A stretch of 37,915 nucleotides of DNA, taken from the IMG/VR virus record IMGVR_UViG_3300048901_000076, positions 1 through 37,915 of that record; one strand, given 5' to 3'. Shown in pieces: positions 1 to 8,900 of this stretch; within the stretch, counting starts at the first letter, position 1; each line of letters opens with the position of its first letter. The notes below the pieces were generated by a model. The model worked only from the letters and a program-made list of their open reading frames with translations, did not search any database and was not told the DNA's origin. The position numbers and the translations under genes were made by a program. The DNA is from a virus. Lineage: Duplodnaviria > Caudoviricetes.

Positions 1-815
1 TCGAAGTCGAAGTTGTAGAAAACAATCATTCGGGGGTGGGTTTTTAGCAGCGTCGTCACAGCCTCCAGACGCGAGCCATCGCTGTTCACAACTTTCCGCA
101 TTGCAAGGAACATCTCGGCGACGTCCCTTAAAGGCCGTTGTTCGAATGGGTTCCATCTCTTGTCCACCACCTGATTGAATAGTGCTTCATCATACTTGAC
201 CTGTATGTCAACACACTTCCGTACCGTGTGCTTCAAATACGGCATTTCCACCAAGATCTTGTTCCGTTGTCGTACAAGTCTCCCGACATTCACATACCTG
301 TCAACTTTCGGGAATTTGGTGTAGGTGTTGTAGATTACGTGTTCGCGCTTAAACTCTGTGCGATGCTTATAAAACCCGTGCGCGATGAAGACAGGTATGT
401 AATCGAGCCAAGTGTCTCCAGGTGTTGCGCTGAGGAGGATCCAATGATTTTGTCGAGCAATTCGGATAAATTTGTCAACCCATTCTCCGGATCCAACAAG
501 GCGCTGTTCATCAAAGATGAAAAATGCATGTGCCACTTTGCTGTATTTCCCAATGTTGTTCCACGAATCAACAGTGAGTCTTCCGGCAACAGTTGCGCCC
601 AGAACTCCGCCAACCCCGACGTTAGCAAACTCCCGTTCCCAGTCCAGAGAATCTCGTTTTTTTGCGGTTGTAATGACATAGACATCTGCGTCAGCCTCCA
701 CTTTCATGTAGTACGCTGCGGCTACGGCGGATTTGCCACTACCCACACCGCCCCAGAGAATGGATCCGTTTTGCAGGCGTGGTAGTACCTCTTCCTGGTG
801 CGGATAGAGCTTCAT
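1..815 (-). CDS. SF2 DNA helicase, C-terminus truncated by the window edge
   Basis: Not in the ORF track (no stop codon in the window). Manual translation from ATG 815 (SD AAGGGAGG): [29 protein letters not shown]...FFIFDEQR...[12 protein letters not shown], showing Q-motif, Walker A, DExx motif II and SAT motif III. Confidence 0.92.
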   Translation of the reverse strand, partial: MKLYPHQEEVLPRLQNGSILWGGVGSGKSAVAAAYYMKVEADADVYVITTAKKRDSLDWEREFANVGVGGVLGATVAGRLTVDSWNNIGKYSKVAHAFFIFDEQRLVGSGEWVDKFIRIARQNHWILLSATPGDTWLDYIPVFIAHGFYKHRTEFKREHVIYNTYTKFPKVDRYVNVGRLVRQRNKILVEMPYLKHTVRKCVDIQVKYDEALFNQVVDKRWNPFEQRPLRDVAEMFLAMRKVVNSDGSRLEAVTTLLKTHPRMIVFYNFDF

Positions 816-833
816 CGATACCTCCCTTCAGGC

Positions 834-891
834 AAAAACAGAATGCTAAGTATGGAATGGTGAGAGCCCCGTGGAGAACTCTCACCATTCC
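834..891 (-). terminator. Long perfect hairpin upstream of the helicase (terminator/attenuator or processing site)
   Basis: 13-bp inverted repeat GGAATGGTGAGAG (854-866) / CTCTCACCATTCC (879-891); a TTTTT run follows ~14 nt downstream on the minus strand. Confidence 0.55.
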
Positions 892-947
892 TGCGTTGAG
901 GCTGGTCGTATGAATACGTATCTAGTTGAGAATGCTAGTCATAGGCC

Positions 948-1130
948 TCACCTCCTTCGTTGATACACCCAGACATTGTGATCGATGTCGTACTCGTACA
1001 ACCGCCCCTTGAGCATAGACGATTTGGAAACGTCGGTAGCACAACTCATGCAGGCAACGAGTACTGTATCGGTCATCTTGTCAAAAGCAGGGCCTATGAT
1101 GTGGTGCAAGCAAGTAAGTGCATCGGCCAT
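948..1130 (-). CDS. Hypothetical protein (~60 aa, Cys/His-containing)
   Basis: ORF 948..1142; ATG at 1130 is the likelier start; fits the operon packing. Confidence 0.55.
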   Translation of the reverse strand: MADALTCLHHIIGPAFDKMTDTVLVACMSCATDVSKSSMLKGRLYEYDIDHNVWVYQRRR

Positions 1131-1138
1131 AATCTCTC

Positions 1139-1693
1139 TCAATACTGAGTAACGGAGTCGACAACTTTGGTTGAGAACCAGACGATGTTGAAACCTCGCT
1201 CGAGGACGTGTAGGCTCCTGTGGCCCTTCTTCAGATCGCAGCGTCCGTAGTAGCTATGCCCTTCTTTGGGCTCCAGGACGGCCTTACAGCGGTTCCAAGG
1301 GAAGGTTGAGTAGTCCAACCCTGCTCGAACGTCCGGATCCCTCACATCGAACCTCGACCAGTCGTCCAACACCCCGTCCGCCCATTTCGTCGCTGCTATC
1401 TTCGGAGTCACTCCTTGCGGAACAAGATAAAAACCACTGATTCCACCGGACGTGATCTCCGACACGAGTTGATAATTGATTTCATCATTCGTCTCGTTCA
1501 CGAAAGTCACCATTGGCGTACGTGTCATCGGGCTATGTGACGGAGTAATGGTGATCATTCCGTCTTTACACCCCAGCACCAATTTCATGAACTTTTGCAA
1601 CTGTTCGAATACCCAGACTTCTCGTTCGCTTTCCTTAACACCACGAATGGAAATCCAAGGCATTCCATCTCGATGTGGAAATCGATCACTCAT
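1139..1693 (-). CDS. Hypothetical protein (184 aa) with C-terminal C..C/H..H putative zinc site
   Basis: ATG 1693 overlaps the upstream stop (TAATG); C-terminus RCKAV...GRCDLKKGHRSLH. Confidence 0.7.
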   Translation of the reverse strand: MSDRFPHRDGMPWISIRGVKESEREVWVFEQLQKFMKLVLGCKDGMITITPSHSPMTRTPMVTFVNETNDEINYQLVSEITSGGISGFYLVPQGVTPKIAATKWADGVLDDWSRFDVRDPDVRAGLDYSTFPWNRCKAVLEPKEGHSYYGRCDLKKGHRSLHVLERGFNIVWFSTKVVDSVTQY

Positions 1694-1962
1694 TAACCCT
1701 CCACGATCTCCCACGTCGAAGCGAAGTCTTCCTGCCGGAACGGATAGAATTCTCCGAATAAGCCCTCGATCACCCAATCGCCAACTCGTACGGCGGCCCA
1801 GGTGCCGCTACCCATTCGATCGAACACACGAGCCGAAGGATCGTCTTCCTCCTGCTTGAATCCGTCCGTGGCGAAAGCCTTCATCTCCTCGAGGTTCGTA
1901 CCGGTCCACTGCATGGCAAACACGACGTCAGCGCCTTCGCCTCGTCGTACTCTGATCTTCAT
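1693..1962 (-). CDS. Small phage protein of the 'AxQW...GDW...GEFYP...F..T[WY]E' family (paralogue 1 of 4)
   Basis: VFAMQWTGTNLEEM...VRVGDWVIEGLFGEFYPFRQEDFASTWE; SD GGAGG upstream. Confidence 0.85.
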   Translation of the reverse strand: MKIRVRRGEGADVVFAMQWTGTNLEEMKAFATDGFKQEEDDPSARVFDRMGSGTWAAVRVGDWVIEGLFGEFYPFRQEDFASTWEIVEG

Positions 1963-1996
1963 TCAATTCCTCCAGTCAAAATTTAAGAACACGTCG

Positions 1997-2045
1997 AGGA
2001 AGGGAAAAGCGGCCCAGGCTTCCCACCCAGGCCGCTCCCCTTCCT
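1997..2045 (-). terminator. Intergenic long hairpin
   Basis: AGGAAGGG (1997-2004)/CCCTTCCT (2038-2045) plus AGCGGCC (2008-2014)/GGCCGCT (2030-2036). Confidence 0.5.
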
Positions 2046-2117
2046 GTAGACCTCCCGGCTGCACTCAGTTCGTAAATGATAACTATACGCCGAATGCAAT
2101 GCGTAATCTACAGAAAC

Positions 2118-2270
2118 CTAGACGTGGATTCCTCTCGTGTTCGTCGAAACACTCGGTGAGGGTCTCACCGGTGGTGTCTTACGTGGAGTGGTGATTTTCC
2201 CAACCAAGAGCAAGATCAGAACAACGAGAATGATGATCCCCAGAATCTGGAGTCGCTTGTTCAGACTCAC
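2118..2270 (-). CDS. Small membrane protein (50 aa)
   Basis: GTG 2270 overlaps the upstream stop (GTGA); one hydrophobic helix ILGIIILVVLILLLVG followed by a Pro/Ser/Thr tail. Confidence 0.7.
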   Translation of the reverse strand: MSLNKRLQILGIIILVVLILLLVGKITTPRKTPPVRPSPSVSTNTRGIHV

Positions 2271-2413
2271 AGGTCGTTGTCCAGCACGTGGGCGACCGCG
2301 ATCTTGAAGAAGGTCTTCTCCGTGTCGCTCAGGGCGTTCCACTCGTTGCGCAGCTGGGTACTGGTCATGTTGAAGTAGTTCCGGATCTCGACCAGATCTG
2401 CCTGACGACGCAT
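2267..2413 (-). CDS. Hypothetical protein (48 aa)
   Basis: ATG 2413 with SD AAAGGAG; MRRQADLVEIRNYF...EWNALSDTEK. Confidence 0.75.
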   Translation of the reverse strand: MRRQADLVEIRNYFNMTSTQLRNEWNALSDTEKTFFKIAVAHVLDNDL

Positions 2414-2485
2414 TTCGATTCTCCTTTTCGGTTGATGTTTCCAGGGAGAGCACGACTGTGATAGCTCATGCTCAACCTGCACGCA

Positions 2486-2662
2486 TCAGACGTTACTGTT
2501 GACGTATTCCCGGCCGGTAATCAGAACCGACAGGTCGTGTTGACCGACGAGAACGTGATCGATGTTGTCCGGGTAGGTGTGAAGCCATTCCAGACATTCA
2601 TCGCGTGTGGCGTTCTTGATCACTTCGAGTGTGTCCTTGTTGAGGATCGCGTCGTAGTACAT
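2486..2662 (-). CDS. Hypothetical protein (58 aa)
   Basis: Below the ORF-track cutoff; TGATG coupling to the upstream gene; MYYDAILNKDTLEVIKNATRDECLEWLHTY... Confidence 0.7.
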   Translation of the reverse strand: MYYDAILNKDTLEVIKNATRDECLEWLHTYPDNIDHVLVGQHDLSVLITGREYVNSNV

Positions 2663-3363
2663 CAAATGACCGTATCGTCCGGGAACTCGACCTCGGTCTT
2701 GGCGATCTCCTCTTGCATGTCCGGCCGCGGGAGTAAGTTCTTCTTGAACTGCGTGGGGAACTCTTCGATGAGTTTTTTGGCGTAATGACCCGCGTACTTC
2801 GGATCGAGATCGTTCCTGAATCGACTCATCGTCGGGATCTCCACCGTGTCAACACCACCAGCCGGTATATCGAGATTGTCCGTCCAGTTCGGGTCGAGGA
2901 ACGGATTGTCAGGACTCGCCGCGATCATCAACTTCAGGGCGTGACCGCGACCGACTTCCCAACCGTATGCCCGAGCCTGCCGATCGGACTGCTGAGTCGC
3001 TTCCTCCTCACTCGGCGCTAGGAACACCTCCGTCATCTCGTCCATCGGCGGAATGCTGTTCTTCTTCACGAGCCAGGCGTAGCTGTTCGGGTAGTATCGA
3101 CGGGCTCGAGTGTCGTCCTCGTACACGGCGAGGAATGTGACACTGTCGCCGTCGTTCTGCACCCGAGTCACCATACACCAACGGTTCTTCTCGCGTAGCT
3201 CGTACCGTCGCTCCTCACTCATGTCCGAGGGTTCGATGTTCGCTCGTTGTCCCGGTACCGCGATCAGAACGACCATGCCGTTACGCAGGTCCTTGCCGTC
3301 GAAGATGAAATCCTCGGTTTGAGGATCCATCCGGTACCACTTCGATACGAATTGCTCTTCCAC
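2662..3363 (-). CDS. Hypothetical protein (233 aa)
   Basis: Long ORF, GTG start with SD AAGGGAG, downstream of the promoter-motif copy at 3424-3456. Confidence 0.8.
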   Translation of the reverse strand: MEEQFVSKWYRMDPQTEDFIFDGKDLRNGMVVLIAVPGQRANIEPSDMSEERRYELREKNRWCMVTRVQNDGDSVTFLAVYEDDTRARRYYPNSYAWLVKKNSIPPMDEMTEVFLAPSEEEATQQSDRQARAYGWEVGRGHALKLMIAASPDNPFLDPNWTDNLDIPAGGVDTVEIPTMSRFRNDLDPKYAGHYAKKLIEEFPTQFKKNLLPRPDMQEEIAKTEVEFPDDTVI

Positions 3364-3423
3364 TGCTTCTCCCTTGAGTAGGGCAATAATTGAACCCCAT
3401 GTTCTGGGGTGGAGAGTTAGGGA

Positions 3424-3456
3424 TCACTCTCATTATACAGCTTGTTTTTCTCGCGA
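3424..3456 (-). promoter_or_regulatory. Repeated phage promoter motif, copy 5
   Basis: Minus strand TCGCGAGAAAAACAAGCTGTATAATGAGAGTGA. Confidence 0.75.
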
Positions 3457-3460
3457 GGGC

Positions 3461-3561
3461 GTCATCCTCCCCAACCATTCAGGAGGGCGATCGTTGCCTC
3501 CACCGGCCCTACGGCCATGCAGAGCGACCACCACTCCTGAATGATTCCCCACCAGGACCAC
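3461..3561 (-). ncRNA. Candidate structured RNA (long rod hairpin)
   Basis: Perfect 10-bp IR CATTCAGGAG (3476-3485)/CTCCTGAATG (3534-3543), inner stems that extend via G-U pairs on the minus strand, apical GGCC-GTAG-GGCC. Confidence 0.45.
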
Positions 3562-3562
3562 A

Positions 3563-3874
3563 TCAGACCGAGACAGCCTGACTCTGGAAACTCTCTTCGA
3601 AGGCCTTGTGAGTGTAGACTTTGAAGCTCTGACCGGCCCTGACGACCCAGTCACCGGCGTACGCCATCGTCTGACGATCGGTCACCGGACGAACGACGGG
3701 CACCTTGATGAAGAGAACCTGACCGTCCTGAGCCGCTGCGTGCTTCTTGAACTTGGGCGCCGGTCCACGCTTGACTTCACCGCCGCACCAGCCCTCCACG
3801 TCGGAGATGTTCTCATCCGTGACACGAACCGCTTCGACGAAGAACGGCTTGCGAGCGTACTGACCCAATTCCAC
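3563..3874 (-). CDS. Small phage protein, paralogue 2 of 4
   Basis: GTG 3874 with SD GAGGAG; YARKPFFVEAVRVTDENISDVEGWCGG...AYAGDWVVR...FKVYTHKAFEESFQ. Confidence 0.85.
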   Translation of the reverse strand: MELGQYARKPFFVEAVRVTDENISDVEGWCGGEVKRGPAPKFKKHAAAQDGQVLFIKVPVVRPVTDRQTMAYAGDWVVRAGQSFKVYTHKAFEESFQSQAVSV

Positions 3875-3878
3875 AGAC

Positions 3879-4148
3879 TTACTCCTCTTCAATTTTCTCG
3901 AACGTTGCATCGAACACCGAGGCGTGCCACAGCACGACAGTTCCCGGATTCTCCCCTTTCGTGATCCAAGTCCCAACTGGAGCCGCGGAGTATTGCCACA
4001 TCGCGATCTGCACCTCCAGCAGTCCCAAATCACCCGGCATCATACCAGGAATGGCATCAGCTCCGAACGTCTCCTTGAGCTCGGCGACGTTCGTACCATC
4101 GAACAGGATCGCATCGATGACGGCTCTACGACGATACTTACCCATCAC
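3879..4148 (-). CDS. Small phage protein, paralogue 3 of 4
   Basis: KYRRRAVIDAILFDGTNVAEL...APVGTWITKG...VFDATFE. Confidence 0.8.
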   Translation of the reverse strand: MMGKYRRRAVIDAILFDGTNVAELKETFGADAIPGMMPGDLGLLEVQIAMWQYSAAPVGTWITKGENPGTVVLWHASVFDATFEKIEEE

Positions 4149-4699
4149 ACAACCTCCCCATCAATATCGTAGCGCTCACGAGCCGTACCCGCCGGCAGAG
4201 CGCGACCCTCGTCAACACGTCCGCTTCTCGATGGGAGTTGCTCGAGATCTTCATACTTGATCGCGAGCTCGTCTTCCTCCACGATCACGTACAGGGATTT
4301 CAGGTAGGCCTTTATCCCCGTCTTCCCGCTGACCTCCCACTTGTACGGTCGGATGATCAGATCCACACTTCGGATGTCGATCCAGTCGACGACCTCGATC
4401 TCATCTTCACCCAGTGTGGTGCGACCTCGACGGGTCACCAGAACGATCAGTGGCGGTCGGTTCTTGAATCCCACCGAGACCTGTAGATAGGGCTGATCCG
4501 GATCTCCCTCTTCACGGGAACGGAGAGCCTTGACGTTCCAACCGTCCCGATCCAGCTGCTCTGCAGTCTCCGCATCCAGCAGAATGCAGAAGTTCCGATC
4601 GCCTTCTCGATTGTACTTGCCCTCCCGGCCGGCGAAGTTCCGGAAGATGATTCGCGCATCCTCAATAGTGAGGTTGCCTTCATTAACTCGAGGCATCAT
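4145..4699 (-). CDS. Putative single-stranded DNA-binding protein
   Basis: LTIEDARIIFRNFAGREGKYNREGDRNFCILL...KAYLKSLYV with an acidic tail; resembles phage SSBs and lies in the replication region. Confidence 0.7.
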   Translation of the reverse strand: MMPRVNEGNLTIEDARIIFRNFAGREGKYNREGDRNFCILLDAETAEQLDRDGWNVKALRSREEGDPDQPYLQVSVGFKNRPPLIVLVTRRGRTTLGEDEIEVVDWIDIRSVDLIIRPYKWEVSGKTGIKAYLKSLYVIVEEDELAIKYEDLEQLPSRSGRVDEGRALPAGTARERYDIDGEVV

Positions 4700-4937
4700 T
4701 GACCTTTCTGCTTCTCTTAATTGCCATCACAACCAATTCGCAGTCAAGTACATCTGCGTATCTGATTGCGGCGGAGATCCTGGGCGTATTCTTGGCGAAC
4801 TCGAGGGCTGCAAGATTGCCTTGACTTGTCCCGTATCTCTCACAGAACTCTCTCTGTGTGAGTCCTTGCTTCTGTCGTTCCAGACGTAGGTCCCACATAA
4901 TCGCTCGCACAGCATCATCTATTTCGTCAGGTGTCAT
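4683..4937 (-). CDS. XRE/Cro-family HTH DNA-binding protein
   Basis: ATG 4937 (TAATG coupling); LRLERQKQGLTQREFCERYGTSQGNLAALEFAKNTPRISAAIRYADVLD. Confidence 0.85.
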   Translation of the reverse strand: MTPDEIDDAVRAIMWDLRLERQKQGLTQREFCERYGTSQGNLAALEFAKNTPRISAAIRYADVLDCELVVMAIKRSRKVNDASS

Positions 4938-5329
4938 TAATCTCGATGTCCTTTGACGCAGCAGGGACAATCCCTTCTGTTCTCGATCGTCCTTACACTG
5001 CTCTTGCAGAATTTGTCGAAGCACGGCGCGCACAAACCGGAGTCGAAGTCGGGACGCTCGAACACCTTCGTACCGTCGAAAGGCATCGGAATACGCCCCT
5101 CAACCTTAGCCGGCCGCATGCAGGGATATGCGTCGCTGCCGGTAACTCGTTTCTCCGGGGGGAGCCAACCGATGGACAAGTTGGTGAGATCCGGCCGGAG
5201 TTCTTTAACGATCTGCGTGTCGAAGACGTCTGCCGACACGAAGCCGTTTTTCTGTACGACTGCGTCGCCAATGACGATACGCTTGCCATCTCTATAAACC
5301 ACAAGAGGGATTACCTTGATCTCATCCAT
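4937..5329 (-). CDS. Hypothetical protein with Cys-rich C-terminus
   Basis: SD AAGGAGG; CAPC...C...CPCC..H suggests zinc binding. Confidence 0.7.
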   Translation of the reverse strand: MDEIKVIPLVVYRDGKRIVIGDAVVQKNGFVSADVFDTQIVKELRPDLTNLSIGWLPPEKRVTGSDAYPCMRPAKVEGRIPMPFDGTKVFERPDFDSGLCAPCFDKFCKSSVRTIENRRDCPCCVKGHRD

Positions 5330-5344
5330 CGGTTGACTTCCTCC

Positions 5345-5608
5345 TTACGTGTTGAGTTCGTACTTCTCCTCGAAGGATTTCCCGGCCATGATTTGGTAAT
5401 CACCAGGTCGAGTTCTGATGACATACCATCCTTCGAATGCGCGCTGTGTTCCGGTGAGAGTACGGACGTCCAGAGCCGTCACAAACTCTGTGATAATTGC
5501 AGTACCACCGCACCAGTTCGCAATCCACTTGATGTTGTCCCTGGTGATCTGAATAGCAGCGATGGTAACGGGGACTTGCAGACGATAGGTCTGAAGCTTG
5601 ATCCCCAT
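5345..5608 (-). CDS. Small phage protein, paralogue 4 of 4
   Basis: YRLQVPVTIAAIQITRDNIKWIANWCGG...AFEGWYVIRTRPGDYQIMAGKSFEEKYE. Confidence 0.8.
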   Translation of the reverse strand: MGIKLQTYRLQVPVTIAAIQITRDNIKWIANWCGGTAIITEFVTALDVRTLTGTQRAFEGWYVIRTRPGDYQIMAGKSFEEKYELNT

Positions 5609-5617
5609 AATAATCTC

Positions 5618-5908
5618 CTAGTTGTCCTTGACGCAGAGGTTGTCGAACTTGAGGTAGGCGTCCAGATACGTTTCGTTCTCGTCGCCGTTGTGCGTCACTT
5701 CGTAGTACTTACCGTCCGGCAACGTCGTGCTGATCAGAGCCTTCCAGTTCTTCAGAGTCTTGCTGAACCAGACCACGTACACATCGAATTCCGGAACCTC
5801 GGGATCGCTCTTGTCGAGGTGGCTCTCCACGTAGGATCGGACAATCGCCTTGGCTCGACCCTGGAAGCCCTCTGCCTGAGCGATGGCCGCCTTCATCTCG
5901 TTCGTCAT
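5618..5908 (-). CDS. Conserved phage protein (DUF6275-like)
   Basis: DVYVVWFSKTLKNWKALISTTLPDGKYYEVTHNGDENETYLDAY matches my recollection of the DUF6275 signature. Confidence 0.75.
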   Translation of the reverse strand: MTNEMKAAIAQAEGFQGRAKAIVRSYVESHLDKSDPEVPEFDVYVVWFSKTLKNWKALISTTLPDGKYYEVTHNGDENETYLDAYLKFDNLCVKDN

Positions 5909-5917
5909 TTCGTCTCC

Positions 5918-8900
5918 TTAGTCCACCCACGGTGGGTCGTCGTCGTTACAAGGTGGGTCGCTGTACTCGCGTGCCTCCCCGGTGAGTCGTGTGAATTCAC
6001 CGAAGTAATCGATGTCGGCACGAGCTTGATCTGCGAGAGCCTCGAAATATGTCATGTCAACGAGACTCATATCCAAGTCTCCACACATCTCCGCTTCGAG
6101 CCACAGATGACCCTTCGTACCGCTGACGGCGTATTGTTTGTCGTCTTTAACTCGGTAGAGAATTGCACCGCCAGCAGCTGGTAAAACGGGAACAAACAGA
6201 CCGGTTCGTCCAACGTGTTGCATCTTCCCCGAAGCGGTTGCCATCGGACGATCGTGTTCGAAATCAAGGTACATTGTGCCCTGTGTCACCGACTTGGGTT
6301 CACACAGATCGTCGAATGTGATCGGTTCACCACTGAACAGCGTCTTGAACACGTAAGGATGTTGGAACTGTGCGCCTACCGTGGTCCAGTGATGTCCTGT
6401 TTCGTCAGTTTGACGGGCAACGTAAACAGCGTCGTTCGCCAGACAGAGAGCATCGTACGTAGCCTCGTGCTCAAATGTATAACCGTACTTCTCCCCAAAC
6501 GCAACGACCTCTGCGATGATCTCAGGAGTAGCGTCCGGGATCTTAATAGAGTCCGTCTTGATGTGCGCAACCGTAAACCCCCTCTCCTGCACGAACTTCT
6601 TCAGATCGATCATGAAGAGAGCACCCCGTTTGGCTACGATGTTGTCTTTGTTTCGAGGGTCTCGGAAGGGGTTGTCGAACTTGGCACTGGTGAGTCCGTA
6701 GACGATATTGATAACGATCTTAAGAGCGTCGGCCAATCCACCAGCACCAGTAGGATCATCCAAATACTTACCGAGTCGACCTTGCAAGAGGCCTTTGGCC
6801 CGCTCGTAATCTTTAGCCTTAATTGCCAGGCGTGCTTCGAGGAGCTCGGCAAAGTTCCTGGTGTACTCACCAAACGCATTGAGACGGATGATACTTGTCG
6901 GATGCATCGAGGCCACATCCAGAAGAGCCACATTCTCATACATACCTGGCTCGGCATAGACGTAACCGCCTTCACCAACGGTCTCGCCGAGATATGTACT
7001 ACTACCTTTCTCGTAGACATAACCAGGGAACTCCTTGCTCAGGTCAGTATATACGAAACTCTTCTGCGGATTGCGATCATCTCCGAAGACAATTTTCGCA
7101 GTGTGCTTCTGAGTTGTGTCGTTGACTGTAAGGCCACTCAGTTCCGCAAGAATCTGTCGAGCGACGAAGTCTTGCTTGCGCGAGTTGAACGTCACTTCGG
7201 TGCCGTTGACGTCGTTGGTGCAGTACTCTACGACTCTTGGAATATCTTCCTTCTTAACCGGTTTATCCCAGGGGAGATCCAACTCCATGTGATGGATTTT
7301 CAAGAGAATCATGAATTTCTTCAGACTCATCTTGACGGAGCTGAAATCGTAAATATCGGTCCATGAAAGGTTGTAAGCTTCCCCGAACATCGCACCGACA
7401 TTACCATCGATGATCTTCTGAGACAACCGATACAACTGATCGTTGTCATACCCGAGGAATCGAGCCCACAGGATATGGTTGTCATATCGGCGATTGTTGA
7501 ACCCAACGAGCTTGAATTTGAAGAGTCCTTCGATTTCCGTACCCGTGGGATTGATCATGGCAGTGACGTTCGGCGAGCCGGCATACTTCCAACACACTAC
7601 GAACAAATTCGGATACACTTCGACATCGAAGAAGACGATACGCTCTTCCTGGATCTCGACATGTTCCGGTTTTGCAAGTTCTTCCGACTTGAACCGCATC
7701 TTCTGAACGACTTTGAGACACGGCAACGGTTGGTTCGTACTGTTGTTAGCGAAAGCGACGATCTTCGATTTCAGATCAGAAACATCGAATACCATGCCGG
7801 CGTCGTAAGCCTCGTCGAGAATATGCTTGATGAAATCGATCGAAGGTTTCGTTCCGGGATGGATGTCCTTGTTGAGGTTTCTTTTGATCAGGTCTCGAAG
7901 AGCCCTCTCGCTTTTGATTGTACCGACATCGAGCATCTTCTTCTCCTTGAACGGAAGCCCACTGCTTAACGTCGCAATCGGCACATTATTGCACTTTGAC
8001 AGTCTTCTCCGCAAGGAGGCATTCCCTGTGAATACTTTGACTTCAATCCCGTCGCTATATACCGGCGCGAGTTTGTCAGTAGGTCCATCGAAGAAGTAAT
8101 GCAGATGGACTCCGGATCCACTTCGACTGAGTTCTCCGTACGTAGGAGGCCAACTAGAAGCTGCCTCGAGGTTTCGTTCAAGAGACTTTCTTCCATCGTC
8201 ATCCTTAAGATCGAAGTCGATCACAATATGGTGTTCTGGTACCTTGACGTAATGCGTTTGTGCAGTATCGACCATCGAGAGCGTAGTCTTGACCGTAGAC
8301 CACCTCTCGAGTGGTGTCTCATCGTCTTTCGCTCCCTGGGCAGGTTGATCCGCGAACTCCAGATCAAATATGGATGTGGTCTCATCCATGACAAGAGAGA
8401 AAGCGGGGTTATCCTTCGAGACTAGAGACTTGAACGGCTGGGCTGTGAAACCGCTGTAATAACTACGTACAGACTGACCGTCGATAATGATTCGGTCGTG
8501 AAACTCGCTGAAGTAATTTCGCAATTCTTCACGAACCTTATATTGCGGGAGCGAGAATTCCAACCCAGTGTCCTGAACATACACCTTATAAAGCGCGTAA
8601 GCTTGTTTGAGCGTGCACCCATCTTGCTGCTTAAATATGTCAAAGTGCGCCTCCACAAAGTTGAAGAACACATCCGTTTGAAGCATCATCTCCAGCGGGC
8701 GATAGGCGTTGTAATAGTTCTTTCCCATCTCGCGATACACAGTCAAGCAGTGATGAGCGATCGCTCCAAGTTCGAAATCGATCTGCGACATCAAAGCGAA
8801 GTAATGACTAGGTGCCAGACGATTTCCTGTCGGATGCACGTCTATTAATCGACGAATGATTCCCGATTTCGCATCCGAGATCTTCACTGGCTTGTTGGTT

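Noticed and set aside
228-785. 185-aa plus-strand ORF and the 335..685 minus-strand ORF
   Set aside because: They are antisense or off-frame shadows of the SF2 helicase at 1-815, which has clear motifs.
4931-7366. Long plus-strand ORFs (417 aa and 383 aa)
   Set aside because: Antisense to well-supported genes, with no recognisable motifs; expected from GC-biased codon usage.
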